Made by a program: the position numbers and the translations under genes. DNA of 64,000 nt, taken from positions 591,542 to 655,541 of the forward strand of contig BCKQ01000005.1 of assembly GCA_001600695.1 (NCBI GenBank), read 5' to 3'. Position 1 is the first letter of the stretch; each line of letters begins with the position of its first letter. Below, piece by piece: positions 1 through 11,170 of the stretch. This DNA comes from Ascoidea asiatica JCM 7603 (Eukaryota > Fungi > Ascomycota). The notes below the pieces were generated by a model. The model saw only the letters and a program-made list of their open reading frames with translations, was not told where the DNA came from and made no database searches.

Positions 1-693
1 AATGTCTCATTTCCTTCGCTACTTTATCGTCAAGATCCCTTCACCTTAATCCCCGTTCAAACTAAAACAATTACATATTATGTAATTGGCTTGTGCTGCT
101 TTAGTCACTCTTCTTACTTTTCAAACAAGAATAGTTTGTGGTTTCATGAAATGCAAGGTTGCAATGATTCTCATACCGCCAATTAGCCATAGCGAGGTGT
201 AACATGCCTGATGCCATACTAAATCTGATGTAAATGCAGCCGAACGATGGTCGCCAAGAAAACTGGAAACCGGCGTTGCCGTCGTCGACGCTCAGTGCTG
301 GCTAAGAACTGTAGAACAAATTTAAAGGTTCTAGATCTTTTGTAAAAAAGCCACGTGCCGTGACCTAAATATTCCTGGTTTTATTATTTCACTTCCTTGT
401 AACGGATATTACTATCCAGATCTTTAATTCATTTCCGGGCTAGTCCTTTTTTATAGCACACGTGCATCTTGGTTTCGTCACACACCCTCGGAATTTCCTC
501 ATAATAAGCTAACGTTAATAACAATAGTTTCTACTGTTAATTATTTTAAATTATTTCAAAATATTTCAAATATTGCTGAATTTTCAATGATATTTTCATT
601 GATTTAGATTACCCCAGATTCTAAATTATAATTTGAATGTATTGAATATTATATTTCGATACTTTTATGATCAATTATCTTTTTTTAAAATAA

Positions 694-2301
694 ATGGATT
701 CTTTTAAATCTTTTTTGGAATCAATTTTCTTTAAAACTTCTGAAAATTCATTATTAATCAATCAATTAAATAAAAAAAATTATTACTCATATTCATATTC
801 ATATTCAAAAAATCGAATGATTTTATATTCATTTTTAATTTTAACTTCTTTATATATATTATATCCTTCATTAAATATTAATTCTATAAGTAAAGAAAGT
901 TCTAGATTAGATTCTAATTCAAAAAATAGACCAGATAAATATATAACTGGTTTTATAAATAATGCAAATGATTGTTTTGCAAATTCAACTTTACAATCTT
1001 TATCATCATTATCATATTTAATTAATTATTTAAATGAATTTAATAAAATTTCAATAAATTTTTTAAATAATAATAATAATAATAATAATAATAATTTTAA
1101 ATTACATCAATCTTTATCAAATTTAATAAATTTATTAAATTCAATAACTTATAAATCAAATTCAATATCAATTTGGCCATTTTTAAATATTTTAGAAAAT
1201 TTATATAATTCAAAATTTTCAAAAAATCAACATGATGCTCAAGAATTATTACAATTAATTTTACAATCTTTAAATAATGAATTTGATTATTTAAATAAAC
1301 ATTTAGATAATAAATTAATTTTTCCATTTCAAGGTCAATTTAAAACTCAATTAACTTGTTTATCATGTTTATCAAATTCAAAACCAATTTATTCAAATTT
1401 TCAAATTTTATCATTAAATATTCCAATAAATAATAATAACAATATTACAAGCTTAAATGATTTAATTTTAAATAATTTAAATGAAGAAATTAATGATTAT
1501 AAATGTAAAAAATGTAAAATTAAATTAATTTTAAAAATTGAAAATCAATTAAATAATTTAAATAATAATATTTTTAAAGATAAATTATTTTTTTATTTAA
1601 ATAATAATTTTATAAATGATGAAATTAATGATTTAAATTTAAAAAATTATATAAATAATTATAAATTTCCAAATTTTAATTCTCATTTACATTCATCAAT
1701 AAAAAATAATTTTAATTCAACAATAATTAAAAAAAATATAATCAATAAATTTCCAAAAATTTTAATCATTCATATCTCAAGATCAATTTTTTTTAAAGAT
1801 AATTATTATTATAAAAAAAATTTAAAAAAAATAAAATTTGAAGAAATTTTAATCTTAAATAATTTTAAATATAAATTAAAATCAATTATTATTCATAATG
1901 GTGGTAAACATAATTCTGGTCATTATGAATGTTTTAAACATAAACCAAGTTATAAATTTGATAATACTTTGAAATCTTTTAAAATTAATGATCCAATAAT
2001 TATTGATCCAACTATTGATTCAATTATAAATTCAAATGAAATTGAATCTTCAATAATAGAAAATGATTCAATAAATACAGATACTAATACAAGTAATGTT
2101 AATATAAAACATAATAAAAAAAAGAAAAAGGTAAAGGAAAAGAAAGCATTGGTTTCAACAAGTATTAGTAAACCATACTGGAAAATCTCAGATACAGTAG
2201 TGAAGGAAGCTAGAGACTATGAGGTTACAAATGAAGAAGAAGCTGTTTATATGCTTTTCTATGAAATGATAGAAAATACATTTATAACTAACAAATTATA
2301 A
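694..2301 (+). CDS. UBP16: Ubiquitin-specific protease (peptidase C19), Ubp16-like, with N-terminal membrane anchor
   Basis: Cys box GFINNANDCFANSTLQ, QHDAQE, His box HNSGHYECF, WKISD; hydrophobic N-terminal segment ILYSFLILTSLYILYP. Confidence 0.8.
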   Translation: MDSFKSFLESIFFKTSENSLLINQLNKKNYYSYSYSYSKNRMILYSFLILTSLYILYPSLNINSISKESSRLDSNSKNRPDKYITGFINNANDCFANSTLQSLSSLSYLINYLNEFNKISINFLNNNNNNNNNNFKLHQSLSNLINLLNSITYKSNSISIWPFLNILENLYNSKFSKNQHDAQELLQLILQSLNNEFDYLNKHLDNKLIFPFQGQFKTQLTCLSCLSNSKPIYSNFQILSLNIPINNNNNITSLNDLILNNLNEEINDYKCKKCKIKLILKIENQLNNLNNNIFKDKLFFYLNNNFINDEINDLNLKNYINNYKFPNFNSHLHSSIKNNFNSTIIKKNIINKFPKILIIHISRSIFFKDNYYYKKNLKKIKFEEILILNNFKYKLKSIIIHNGGKHNSGHYECFKHKPSYKFDNTLKSFKINDPIIIDPTIDSIINSNEIESSIIENDSINTDTNTSNVNIKHNKKKKKVKEKKALVSTSISKPYWKISDTVVKEARDYEVTNEEEAVYMLFYEMIENTFITNKL

Positions 2302-2439
2302 TAATAACGAACAGGCAAAAACTGTATATAAATATGTATATAAATATATATAAATATTTCAACGAGACCATTTTTGAGGATGTTTTATATTTCATGGCTA
2401 TACTCTCGGATAAAGGATAGGCTATGTAGTCGGAAGTAG

Positions 2440-2770
2440 GATAGGAGGATAGGCTATGGAAATGGCGATGAGCTCGGCAGCGGAAGCTCCATTATTGACG
2501 GCGGATCGAGTTTCTCGAAAACCTGGAGCAGAGCTGCGAGATCAGCAGTGAAAACGCACGGATGCAGGCCACCTGCAGCACAATACCCAGGCGGCAGTTT
2601 CTGAATCCGGAATGTTGGACCTGCTGTGAGGGCCCAGCAGTTGTAGACCTGCCTCTTTGGGCCTCTGGACGGGTAACTCCATGCCCAGACAAGAAGGTCG
2701 AACAAGGAACCGCTGCAGTGGGTGCGGGTATTCACCGACGGTGTGCACTGCAACTGCTAAAGTTACTAAC
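2440..2770. promoter_or_regulatory. GC-rich intergenic island upstream of the amine oxidase; contains a Reb1-type site CGGGTAA (2670-2676)
   Basis: About 55-60% GC by hand count of lines 2461-2580, against very low GC in flanking genes; overlapping short ORFs show no recognisable homology. Confidence 0.55.
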
Positions 2771-3164
2771 TAACCACCAAAGGTTATCTGCTTTCGATTA
2801 CAACTGCTTCTCTTTATTAGCTAGCTGTAGCTGCTACTGAATTTCTTTTATCAATCAGATTCAATCAGATTCAATCAGATTTAATCTTATTTTCTTCTAT
2901 TCTATTGATTATGGTCCCATATTTCTATTTATCTTACTTTTTCTTTTGAAAATTTTTATATCACTAAAGTTATATTATCTTTGTAATCAATTGATATAAA
3001 TATCCTGCTTTTCTTCCATTAGAAAATATTCTTTTATAATTCATTAATTATCATAATAGATTTTTTTTCCAAAGAAAATAAAAAAAATATTCTTATTCTT
3101 ATTTATAATTTATTCTTTTACATAATTCTCATACAATTTATATTCATAAAAATAATCTTTTAAA

Positions 3165-5195
3165 ATGTCTTTACATCCTTTTGATCAATTGAGTGACTCA
3201 GAAATGAGATTTACTTCAAAAATATTAAAAGATAAATATAATTCAAAATTACATTTTTTACAACTTGATAAATTAGAACCTCCAAAAAAAGATATGTTAA
3301 GATATCTTGAAGCTGAAAGAAAAAATTTACCATTACCAGAAGTTTCAAGAGTTTCATATGCTTATTTTTTATATAATGATAGATTATATAAAGCTTTAGT
3401 TAATTTATCTAAAAAACATATAATAACTTCAGAAATTTTACCAGAAGGTACAGTTGGTCCTGCTTTACCTGAAGATATGATGGAATTTGAAAATTTATGT
3501 TTAGAACATCCATTGGTTTTAAAAGAAATTGAAAAATTAAATTTACCAAAAGGTCATAAAGTTAGATGTGATCCATGGATTTATGGTACTGATGATCCAA
3601 ATGAAAAAAGACCTTTATTACAATGTTTTATGTATCTTATGGCTCAACCAAATCCAGAATCAAATCATTATTCATTACCATTAACTTTTTCACCAGTATT
3701 TAATTTATTAAATAAAAAATTTGTTAGAATGGATTTTATTGATAATGCTTATAGTGGTGATACATTAAAAACTCATCCATGGAAACCAGTAAATTCAGTT
3801 GAATATCATCCAGATTTAAATGGTGAATCAAATAATCCAAGATATTTAGCTCCTTTAATTATTAATCAACCAAATGGTGCAGGTTTTAAAGTTACAGGAT
3901 CAAAAATTGAATGGCAAGATTGGGAATTTTATGTTACACCAAATGTTAGAGAAGGTCTTTCAATTCATAATATTAGATTTAAAAATAGAGATGTATTTTA
4001 TAGAATTGCATTAAGTGAAATGGTTGTACCATATTCATATGTTTCTTCATCAAAAGAAATTAAAAATTTAAATTCAACACATCCATATGAACCAACTCAT
4101 AGAAAACAAGCATTTGATTTAGGAGATTGTGGATTTGGTACAAATGCAAATCATCTTAATTTAGGTTGTGATTGTCTTGGATCAATAAAATATTTTGATT
4201 GTATTAGAACTAATGGTGATGGTGAACCAATTTTATTACCAAATACAGTTTGTTTACATGAACAAGATAATGGATTATTAATTAAACATGTAAATTATAG
4301 AACTAATGTACCAGTAGTTGCAAGAAGAAGAGAATTTGTTGTACAAACTATTGCAACAGTTGCAAATTATGAATATATTGTTAATTTTATTTTTGATCAA
4401 GCTGGTGGTATTGCAGTTAATGTTAGAGCTACAGGAATTTTATCAACAATTCCAATTGATGAAGATGAATCAGGACCTGTAAATTGGGGTACAATTGTTG
4501 CACCAAATTGTTTAGCACCTTATCATCAACATTTATTATCATTTAGATTTGATCCAATGATTGATGGTGAAAAAAATACAGTTGTTTATGAAGATACAGT
4601 ACCTTTAAATATTAATGATCCTGCAAATCCATATAAAGTTGGATTTATTACAAAAACTAATTTTGTTGAAAATTCTGGATATATTGATACAAATCCATAT
4701 GTTAATAGAACAGTAAAAATTATTAATGAAAATATTATTAATAAAACAACAAAAAAACCAGTTGGATATAAATTTGAAATGGCTTCAAAACAAATGATTT
4801 TAGCTCATGAATCATCATATAATGTTCAAAGAGCAAATTTTGCTACAAAACAATTTTGGGTTACAAAATATAAAGATAATCAATTATATGCAGCAGGAGA
4901 ATTTACAAATCAATCACAAATTGATTCAGGTATGAAACATTGGGCAGATGGTAGTGAAAAAGTTAGAAATGATGATCCAGTTATTTGGGCAACATTAGCT
5001 TTAACTCATGTACCAAGACCAGAAGATTTTCCAGTTATGCCAGTTGATATGTTAGGATTTATGGTTGTACCAGCAGGATTTTTTGAAAAAAATCCAGCAT
5101 TAGATATTCCACAATCTAATAATGCATTTAATAAATCAAATTTAGTTGATTCAAATGAATTAACTGTTAAATCATGTTGTAAATCAACTTTATAA
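3165..5195 (+). CDS. Copper/TPQ amine oxidase (probably peroxisomal)
   Basis: TPQ motif TVANYEY, catalytic Asp in RKQAFD, LGCDCLG, Cu ligands HQH and THVPRPEDFPVMP; C-terminus SCCKSTL is PTS1-like. Confidence 0.93.
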   Translation: MSLHPFDQLSDSEMRFTSKILKDKYNSKLHFLQLDKLEPPKKDMLRYLEAERKNLPLPEVSRVSYAYFLYNDRLYKALVNLSKKHIITSEILPEGTVGPALPEDMMEFENLCLEHPLVLKEIEKLNLPKGHKVRCDPWIYGTDDPNEKRPLLQCFMYLMAQPNPESNHYSLPLTFSPVFNLLNKKFVRMDFIDNAYSGDTLKTHPWKPVNSVEYHPDLNGESNNPRYLAPLIINQPNGAGFKVTGSKIEWQDWEFYVTPNVREGLSIHNIRFKNRDVFYRIALSEMVVPYSYVSSSKEIKNLNSTHPYEPTHRKQAFDLGDCGFGTNANHLNLGCDCLGSIKYFDCIRTNGDGEPILLPNTVCLHEQDNGLLIKHVNYRTNVPVVARRREFVVQTIATVANYEYIVNFIFDQAGGIAVNVRATGILSTIPIDEDESGPVNWGTIVAPNCLAPYHQHLLSFRFDPMIDGEKNTVVYEDTVPLNINDPANPYKVGFITKTNFVENSGYIDTNPYVNRTVKIINENIINKTTKKPVGYKFEMASKQMILAHESSYNVQRANFATKQFWVTKYKDNQLYAAGEFTNQSQIDSGMKHWADGSEKVRNDDPVIWATLALTHVPRPEDFPVMPVDMLGFMVVPAGFFEKNPALDIPQSNNAFNKSNLVDSNELTVKSCCKSTL

Positions 5196-5439
5196 TCAAA
5201 TCTCATTAATATAAATTAATTATTCTTTTCCTTTGACATTTCTACTTAAATAGTTTACTAAATTTTTTTCAATTCTCGCTTAACCCTTAAACTTTACAAT
5301 TCATTTTCATATACTGTATAATTGCACTGTAAACTGTAGTTCTAGTTATTCCTAAAGCAGTAAACTATCCGCTTGAAAATACTCAATTAACCTTAACGTT
5401 ACAAACCGAAAAAAAACCCACCAGATCACATGCCCGAGA

Positions 5440-5730
5440 CTCGATCATCTCCGGCTACCGGTTAAACCTCCAGCGGCTAACGCCACCGTCACCTCTGATC
5501 CTTTTTTTTTCTTTGTGTGGCAATTTTTGACGTTGAGCAGACGTTGAACTGACGTGACAGCAGCAGAACAAAACTACAAAATTATGCTCTTCTGTGGTCT
5601 GCTGCTCCAGTCGTTTCTGAGTCGCGGAGTTCTCTGGGACTCGTTTTCAGCGCCACTGCTGTGGGTCTGCTGTGGGTCTGCTGCGGGTCTGCACTGCTGA
5701 GGAATTTCCGGTGCTTCTGGCGCTAGATCT
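5440..5730. promoter_or_regulatory. GC-rich island upstream of GID11-like gene, with CRE-like TGACGT sites and an 11-bp tandem repeat
   Basis: TGACGT at about 5528 and 5550; CTGTGGGTCTG-type unit three times at about 5659-5692. Confidence 0.5.
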
Positions 5731-6411
5731 GCTCGATAAAAGGGTACTTGCAATATACTAACAGTAGTAATACTAAGAAGGTCCCCATTTTTAATCCCCA
5801 TATTGATGATTATGTGAATTGCTCTATTTCTTTGTTTTCCTATTTTCCTATTTGAACATTCAGCATTATCATGATTTTATTCAAATTATACCTTTGATCT
5901 TGAATTATTATATCAGATTATCCTATTATCATATTATCATATTAGCTTATTATCTTATTATTGTATTAGTATATTACACATCTATCTTCTTTCATTTCTT
6001 AATTTTTGTTTCCTATTTCTTACATCTCATATCTTATATCCTATTTTTATTATTTAGCTAATATCTTTTGCTCATTTCCATTAATTCATCTCCATCAAAT
6101 AATATCTAATCCTTTTTAGTCCATTTATGCTTATTATTTTGCTAGCTTTATTCAATTATAATTATATTTTCATTTCTTTAGTATCCCTTTTTGTGCTATT
6201 AAGTTTATTCAATTTCAATCTCAATTTCCATTTCAATTTCAATTTCAATTTCAGTTATCTAAAATTTATCTATTTATCAATTCTACTAATAAATAATTTC
6301 AAATATTATTTCTATTTAAATAATTATATATTTCCAATTTTTAGTTATTTCAATTTCAATTTTAATTATAATAATTTAATTATAAATAATTCAAATAAAA
6401 ATTTAAATATA

Positions 6412-7869
6412 ATGACAATAGATTCAAAAAAAAAATCAAAATTAAAAAATTTCTATTTAAAAAATAAAAATGATTTAATTTTTTATAATAATTTAAATTA
6501 TTATAAAAATTTTCCATTTATAAATCCAATTCATAAATTTTATAAAACTGAAATTTCAAGACATCATTGGCAATTAAATGATTTAATTCAACCTTCTTCA
6601 TTAAATTCAAATGAAATTTATTTTCCATATAAAAAATCAATAAATTTTTTAAATTTAAAAAATTCAAAATCTTTAACTTTATTAAATTTAGAATTCTTAC
6701 CAAAATGTTTAAATGAAAAAGATGGTTTATTATTAATTGCAGGTCTGTTAACAAATGATAATTCTTCTGGTTATTTATCAATTTATAATCGAAATTTAAA
6801 TTTAAATAATGATTCTGATAATAAATTAAATAAACCTTTTGAAATAAAAATTGGTTCAATGATTAATAATTCTGTAAATATTTTTAGAGATTCAATAAAT
6901 TCAACTTCAATTTATAATGCTTATCTTTGTAATAATGATAAAAATCTTTATAAAGTTAAAATTCAAAATAGATCTATAGAAATTTTAAATAAAATTAATT
7001 TAAATTATAATTTAAATTCTTCAACAACTTCTTTAATTCATAATATAACTTTAACATGTGGTGATTCAAAAAAAATTTCAATTATTGATAATAATTCAAA
7101 TAAATTAATTAATAATATTTTAACTCCTGCAGATTCTGGATTTTCATTAGATTTTCATCCAAATCAAAATTATTTTGCTGCTGCTTTTCAAGATGGTAAA
7201 TCTTTAATTTATGATATAAGAAATTTTTCAAATCCAATTTTTCAAATTTTTTCAACAAGAAAATTACGTTGTAAAGAAGGTGCTTTTAGATGTTTAAAAT
7301 TTTCAAATATTGAAAATAATTGTTTATTTTTAACTGAATCTGTTGGAAAAATTCATATTATAGATTTAAATAATTTTAATAATCATAAAATTATTTCAAT
7401 TCCAACTGAATTTAATTCTTCAAATTATGAAAAAAATGATTATTTACCAATTATTAAAGATTATAATCAAATTAAAAATAATTCAGGTGATATTTTAGGT
7501 CCAAATTTTTTCTCAGATTCTTCATCAAATAATCAGTTGAATTTTAATAATAATTTTAATAATAATTTTAATAATAATTTTAATAATAATTTTAATAGTA
7601 ATTTAAATTTACATAATTCAATTATTTCGAATCAATTTAATCAATATCAAATTCCTTTAAAATTAAATAACCATTTTTTACATTTTCTTAATTTTAATAA
7701 TAATAAATCAAAAGATTCTTATTCAACTTCAACTTATGATTTAGCAGGTTTATGTTTAACTAATGATAAAAATGGTACTCATTTATTAGTTGCAAATTCT
7801 CATGGTATTCATAAATGGGATATGGATACTTGGAGTAGAAAAAATCATTTATCTTTTGAGTTATGTTAG
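6412..7869 (+). CDS. GID11: WD40/DUF2415 protein, Gid11 (YLR149C)-like; start placed at MTIDSKK rather than 6127
   Basis: RHHWQLNDLI, FAAAFQDG, GAFRCLKFS..LFLTESVGKIHIIDL; lies next to SMD3 and near PEP3, as YLR149C does in S. cerevisiae. Confidence 0.7.
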   Translation: MTIDSKKKSKLKNFYLKNKNDLIFYNNLNYYKNFPFINPIHKFYKTEISRHHWQLNDLIQPSSLNSNEIYFPYKKSINFLNLKNSKSLTLLNLEFLPKCLNEKDGLLLIAGLLTNDNSSGYLSIYNRNLNLNNDSDNKLNKPFEIKIGSMINNSVNIFRDSINSTSIYNAYLCNNDKNLYKVKIQNRSIEILNKINLNYNLNSSTTSLIHNITLTCGDSKKISIIDNNSNKLINNILTPADSGFSLDFHPNQNYFAAAFQDGKSLIYDIRNFSNPIFQIFSTRKLRCKEGAFRCLKFSNIENNCLFLTESVGKIHIIDLNNFNNHKIISIPTEFNSSNYEKNDYLPIIKDYNQIKNNSGDILGPNFFSDSSSNNQLNFNNNFNNNFNNNFNNNFNSNLNLHNSIISNQFNQYQIPLKLNNHFLHFLNFNNNKSKDSYSTSTYDLAGLCLTNDKNGTHLLVANSHGIHKWDMDTWSRKNHLSFELC

Positions 7870-8524
7870 CTAATCGCTTTTGAAAACTTTTTTTTAAATT
7901 TTAATTCTTATCTTACTTAATCCTCATTTTAATCTATTTTAATTTATTTTAACTAACGACTTTTTTTCTCTATCTCTCTTTCTTTCTTTCTCTGCTTTCT
8001 TAATCTTATTACATTTATCCATCCTTTTTTTTTCTACTGCTTTCTTATTTTTTTTTGGTTATTTTATTTTGGTTAAAAAGAAAAAAAATTTATTCAACTA
8101 GTCATTTATCTCTTGATTATAATCTTAAAATATCATTTTAATCTTCATTCTAATCTTCTATTTTTTTTCTCATTTTTTTTTTGGATTCTCTTCTTTGGGG
8201 TTAATTATTTTTCTTTCCGGTATGCATATTATTTGGGCTTAAATGGTAAATTAAAAAAATTCTTTTTTTTAAACAAAAACATAGTAATAAAAATTCTTTT
8301 TTTAAAGCATAAAATCTTTATGAAAAACCTAATATATAATATTTCTCACTCTCCTGATTTGTAGAACAATTAAAATTAAAAAAAAAAGAATAATTAAAAA
8401 AGAATAATTAAAAAAAAATAATTAAAAAACTAATGAAAACAACAATAAAAAAAAACAATAATAAAAAGAGAAATAAGTACTTTTTTTTTCATTTCTTTTC
8501 ATTAATAATATACACTTATTTAAG

Positions 8525-8940
8525 TTAAGCTCTCTTTTTGGGACCCCTTATAGGTGGTGGTGGTTTTACATGATTTGGATTAAACATTGGAGCATTTCTT
8601 AACATATCTGGAACTTGAAAAAATCTAACTTGAGATCCTCTAATAAAAACTTGATCTAAATGCGTTGTTTTACCATCTCTTCCAGTAACAACTATATTTT
8701 TTAATTGAACATTCATATTATCTTCACTTTCTAATAACTTTCCTCTATATATTTCTCCTGTTGTTAATTCTAGAGATACAATATGACCCTAAAAAAATTA
8801 GTAATTCAAAATAAAAATTTGAAAATTTGTCTGTTAGTAATCTTTTTTTTATAATAATAGTGGTAATTTGATAATAATTAACATAAAACGTAACATACTT
8901 GCGCTTCACTTAAAAGCTTCACAGGAATTCCAACAACCAT
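8525..8940 (-). CDS. SMD3: Sm protein D3; exons 8940-8899 and 8788-8525
   Basis: Spliced product [14 protein letters not shown]|[29 protein letters not shown]...[16 protein letters not shown]. Confidence 0.95.
8789..8898 (-). other. Spliceosomal intron of SMD3 (110 nt, phase 0)
   Basis: GTATGT donor, TACTAAC at 8839-8833, TAG acceptor; restores the reading frame. Confidence 0.92.
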
Positions 8941-9096
8941 TTCTTTTAATTTATTATGAAGGTTTAAACTAAATCAATTGAATTTGGTTTTCTTTGTTTT
9001 ATTATCTTTTTTTTGTTTCAACTGTAGAATATTTATTTTAATTTCTCAATCGTTATTACTTAAATTACCAAAATTCACCTTTTTGAAATTAGACTA

Positions 9097-9104
9097 GTCA
9101 CGTG
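9097..9104. promoter_or_regulatory. Cbf1-type E-box GTCACGTG in the SMD3/CDC37 divergent promoter
   Basis: Exact RTCACRTG match. Confidence 0.55.
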
Positions 9105-9404
9105 CGCTATCAAATGGTGGAAATTACTAGAATAAAATCATATTTGAGCTCAGAGCAAACTAATATTGGGTTTTTAGGTCAAGGTAAAATAAATAGTATG
9201 GCAGCGGTAATTCACACAATCTATTTTAAAAGTATATAATTTTCATTTATAAACACTTACAAGTCAGTCTGTTTTCTGAAAAGCATTAAAAATTGTTTTT
9301 TTTAAAAGAAAAAGAGATAGAGATAGAATTGATTCATTTATTAAATTCAATAAATTTTATTTACTTGTTACCTTTACTTAGAAAATAAATATCAGTGTAA
9401 AAAA

Positions 9405-11075
9405 ATGCCTGTAGATTATTCCAAATGGGATAAAATTGAACTATCTGATGATAGTGATATTGAAGTTCATCCAAATGTTGATAAAAGGTCGTTTATACGT
9501 TGGAAACAAAGAGATATACATGAGAAAAGAGCTAAAAGACAAATGGATATAAATACAATTAATATTCAGAATATTATGTATAAGCAATTAAATAAAAGAG
9601 TTGACGCTATGATTTCTTCTCTTCCAAACAATGAATTTGCTGAAGAAAATAAAAGAAATCAATTTTTAAGAGAAAATTTTGATATTGATGAAAAGTCAAA
9701 TGAACAAGGAATGGAAGATTCTCCAACTTACAATGAAATGATTGAAGATTTATTCGTTCAACTTGAAACTGATTTTAAAAAAGAATCTCCTGAATTAGAG
9801 TCGGATATAGATAAAAAAGGAATGAAACTCAAAGCATTGGCTGCTGCTCATAGACAGAAAATTGAAGCAGTTTTAATTCAAAATGTTGATAAATTAAAAG
9901 AACTTGAAAAAGAAGCTCATTCTCATATTACTTCTGAAGATATTCATACGGGTTTTGATAAGATTGTTTTCAATAAAGATAAAGATACAGATTTCAAACA
10001 ACCTCCTGAGCTTAAAAAAAAGAAAGAAACTGTAAAGGTTATTGAAACCTTGAATTCACCTTCTGTTTCATCTACAAGTCCATCTACAAGTCCATCTACC
10101 AGTCCATCTACAAATCCATCAATGAGTTCCGAAACCACGGTTAATAAAATTTCTAGCAACCCTAGCTCGTCTGATGATTATCATGAAGCTGAATCTCTTA
10201 TGGATATTTTGCCTGAAACAGAAGAATTTGGTAATATACCATCTAATGAATATCTTAAATCTGCTGAATTTTTAAATCAACATCCTTGGATAATAACAGA
10301 AAATCAAAAAAATGCTTTACTTATGAAAGCATTTAGATATCAATTTGATGGTGAATTTGCTAAAGCTCTAGGTATAGTTCATCAATCTTCAATTATATTA
10401 TTTATTGCATCTTTAGTTGGCCCTGATAATGAGAAAGTAACATCTTCAAATTATAAAAAAATTTATTATCAGAGACAAAGAGTTACAAAACAATTAATAC
10501 CTGCTTTTGCTAATAAAAAGAGTCCTGCAAGAACAAATTTCATAAAAGATGTTCAAGAAACATATACTCATATTAAAGAAAGATGTCAATATATGCATGA
10601 GCATGGTGAATCTTTAGATGAAGATAAAGAAGATGAAAATGACGAAGGAAAAGAGGGACAACAAGCTACTGAAACTATTCAATTAAAATCAATGGATCCA
10701 AATAGTGAATTAGTTATTCATTTACCAAAAGAAAATTCTACTGATCCAGAAGAACAAGAAAGATTTAGAATATTTTCAACTTTGCCATTAATAATGCAAA
10801 AAGCCGTTAAAACAGAATCTTTAGAAGAAATAAATAGCGTTTTTGAAACAATGGAATTAGCTGAAGCAGAAGGTATATTAGATACTTTTGATAAATGTGG
10901 TGTTATTGGCGTCACTGCTGTTTTTGATAATGAAGATCAATTTGAAGAATATAAAACTGAACAAACGAAAGAAGTTTTCCAACAATTTCATGAGCTTGAA
11001 ATTGATACCAAAGCTCTTAATTTACCAAAAATTAATTCCGACGAATTTACAACTTCGACAGATATTGTTGATTAA
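9405..11075 (+). CDS. CDC37: Hsp90 kinase co-chaperone Cdc37
   Basis: N-terminus VDYSKWDKIELSDDSDIEVHPNVDKRSFIRWKQRDIHEKR. Confidence 0.97.
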   Translation: MPVDYSKWDKIELSDDSDIEVHPNVDKRSFIRWKQRDIHEKRAKRQMDINTINIQNIMYKQLNKRVDAMISSLPNNEFAEENKRNQFLRENFDIDEKSNEQGMEDSPTYNEMIEDLFVQLETDFKKESPELESDIDKKGMKLKALAAAHRQKIEAVLIQNVDKLKELEKEAHSHITSEDIHTGFDKIVFNKDKDTDFKQPPELKKKKETVKVIETLNSPSVSSTSPSTSPSTSPSTNPSMSSETTVNKISSNPSSSDDYHEAESLMDILPETEEFGNIPSNEYLKSAEFLNQHPWIITENQKNALLMKAFRYQFDGEFAKALGIVHQSSIILFIASLVGPDNEKVTSSNYKKIYYQRQRVTKQLIPAFANKKSPARTNFIKDVQETYTHIKERCQYMHEHGESLDEDKEDENDEGKEGQQATETIQLKSMDPNSELVIHLPKENSTDPEEQERFRIFSTLPLIMQKAVKTESLEEINSVFETMELAEAEGILDTFDKCGVIGVTAVFDNEDQFEEYKTEQTKEVFQQFHELEIDTKALNLPKINSDEFTTSTDIVD

Positions 11076-11170
11076 GATGATTATTTCATAAAGAAAAAAA
11101 AATGGTTTAAATTATTATAACTTCACAATATTTTTATTTTCTAAAAATTTCAATTTGCATACATAAATAT

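Noticed and set aside
2454-2840. Four overlapping short ORFs
   Set aside because: Expected from stop-codon scarcity in a GC island; codon usage unlike real genes; no recognisable motifs
5750-5770. TACTAACAG suggesting a 5'-UTR intron before GID11
   Set aside because: No consensus donor found upstream
6127-6411. Hydrophobic N-terminal extension of the GID11-like ORF
   Set aside because: Built from TTCAAT-type repeats typical of AT-rich leaders; the downstream ATG at 6412 looks more plausible, although unproven
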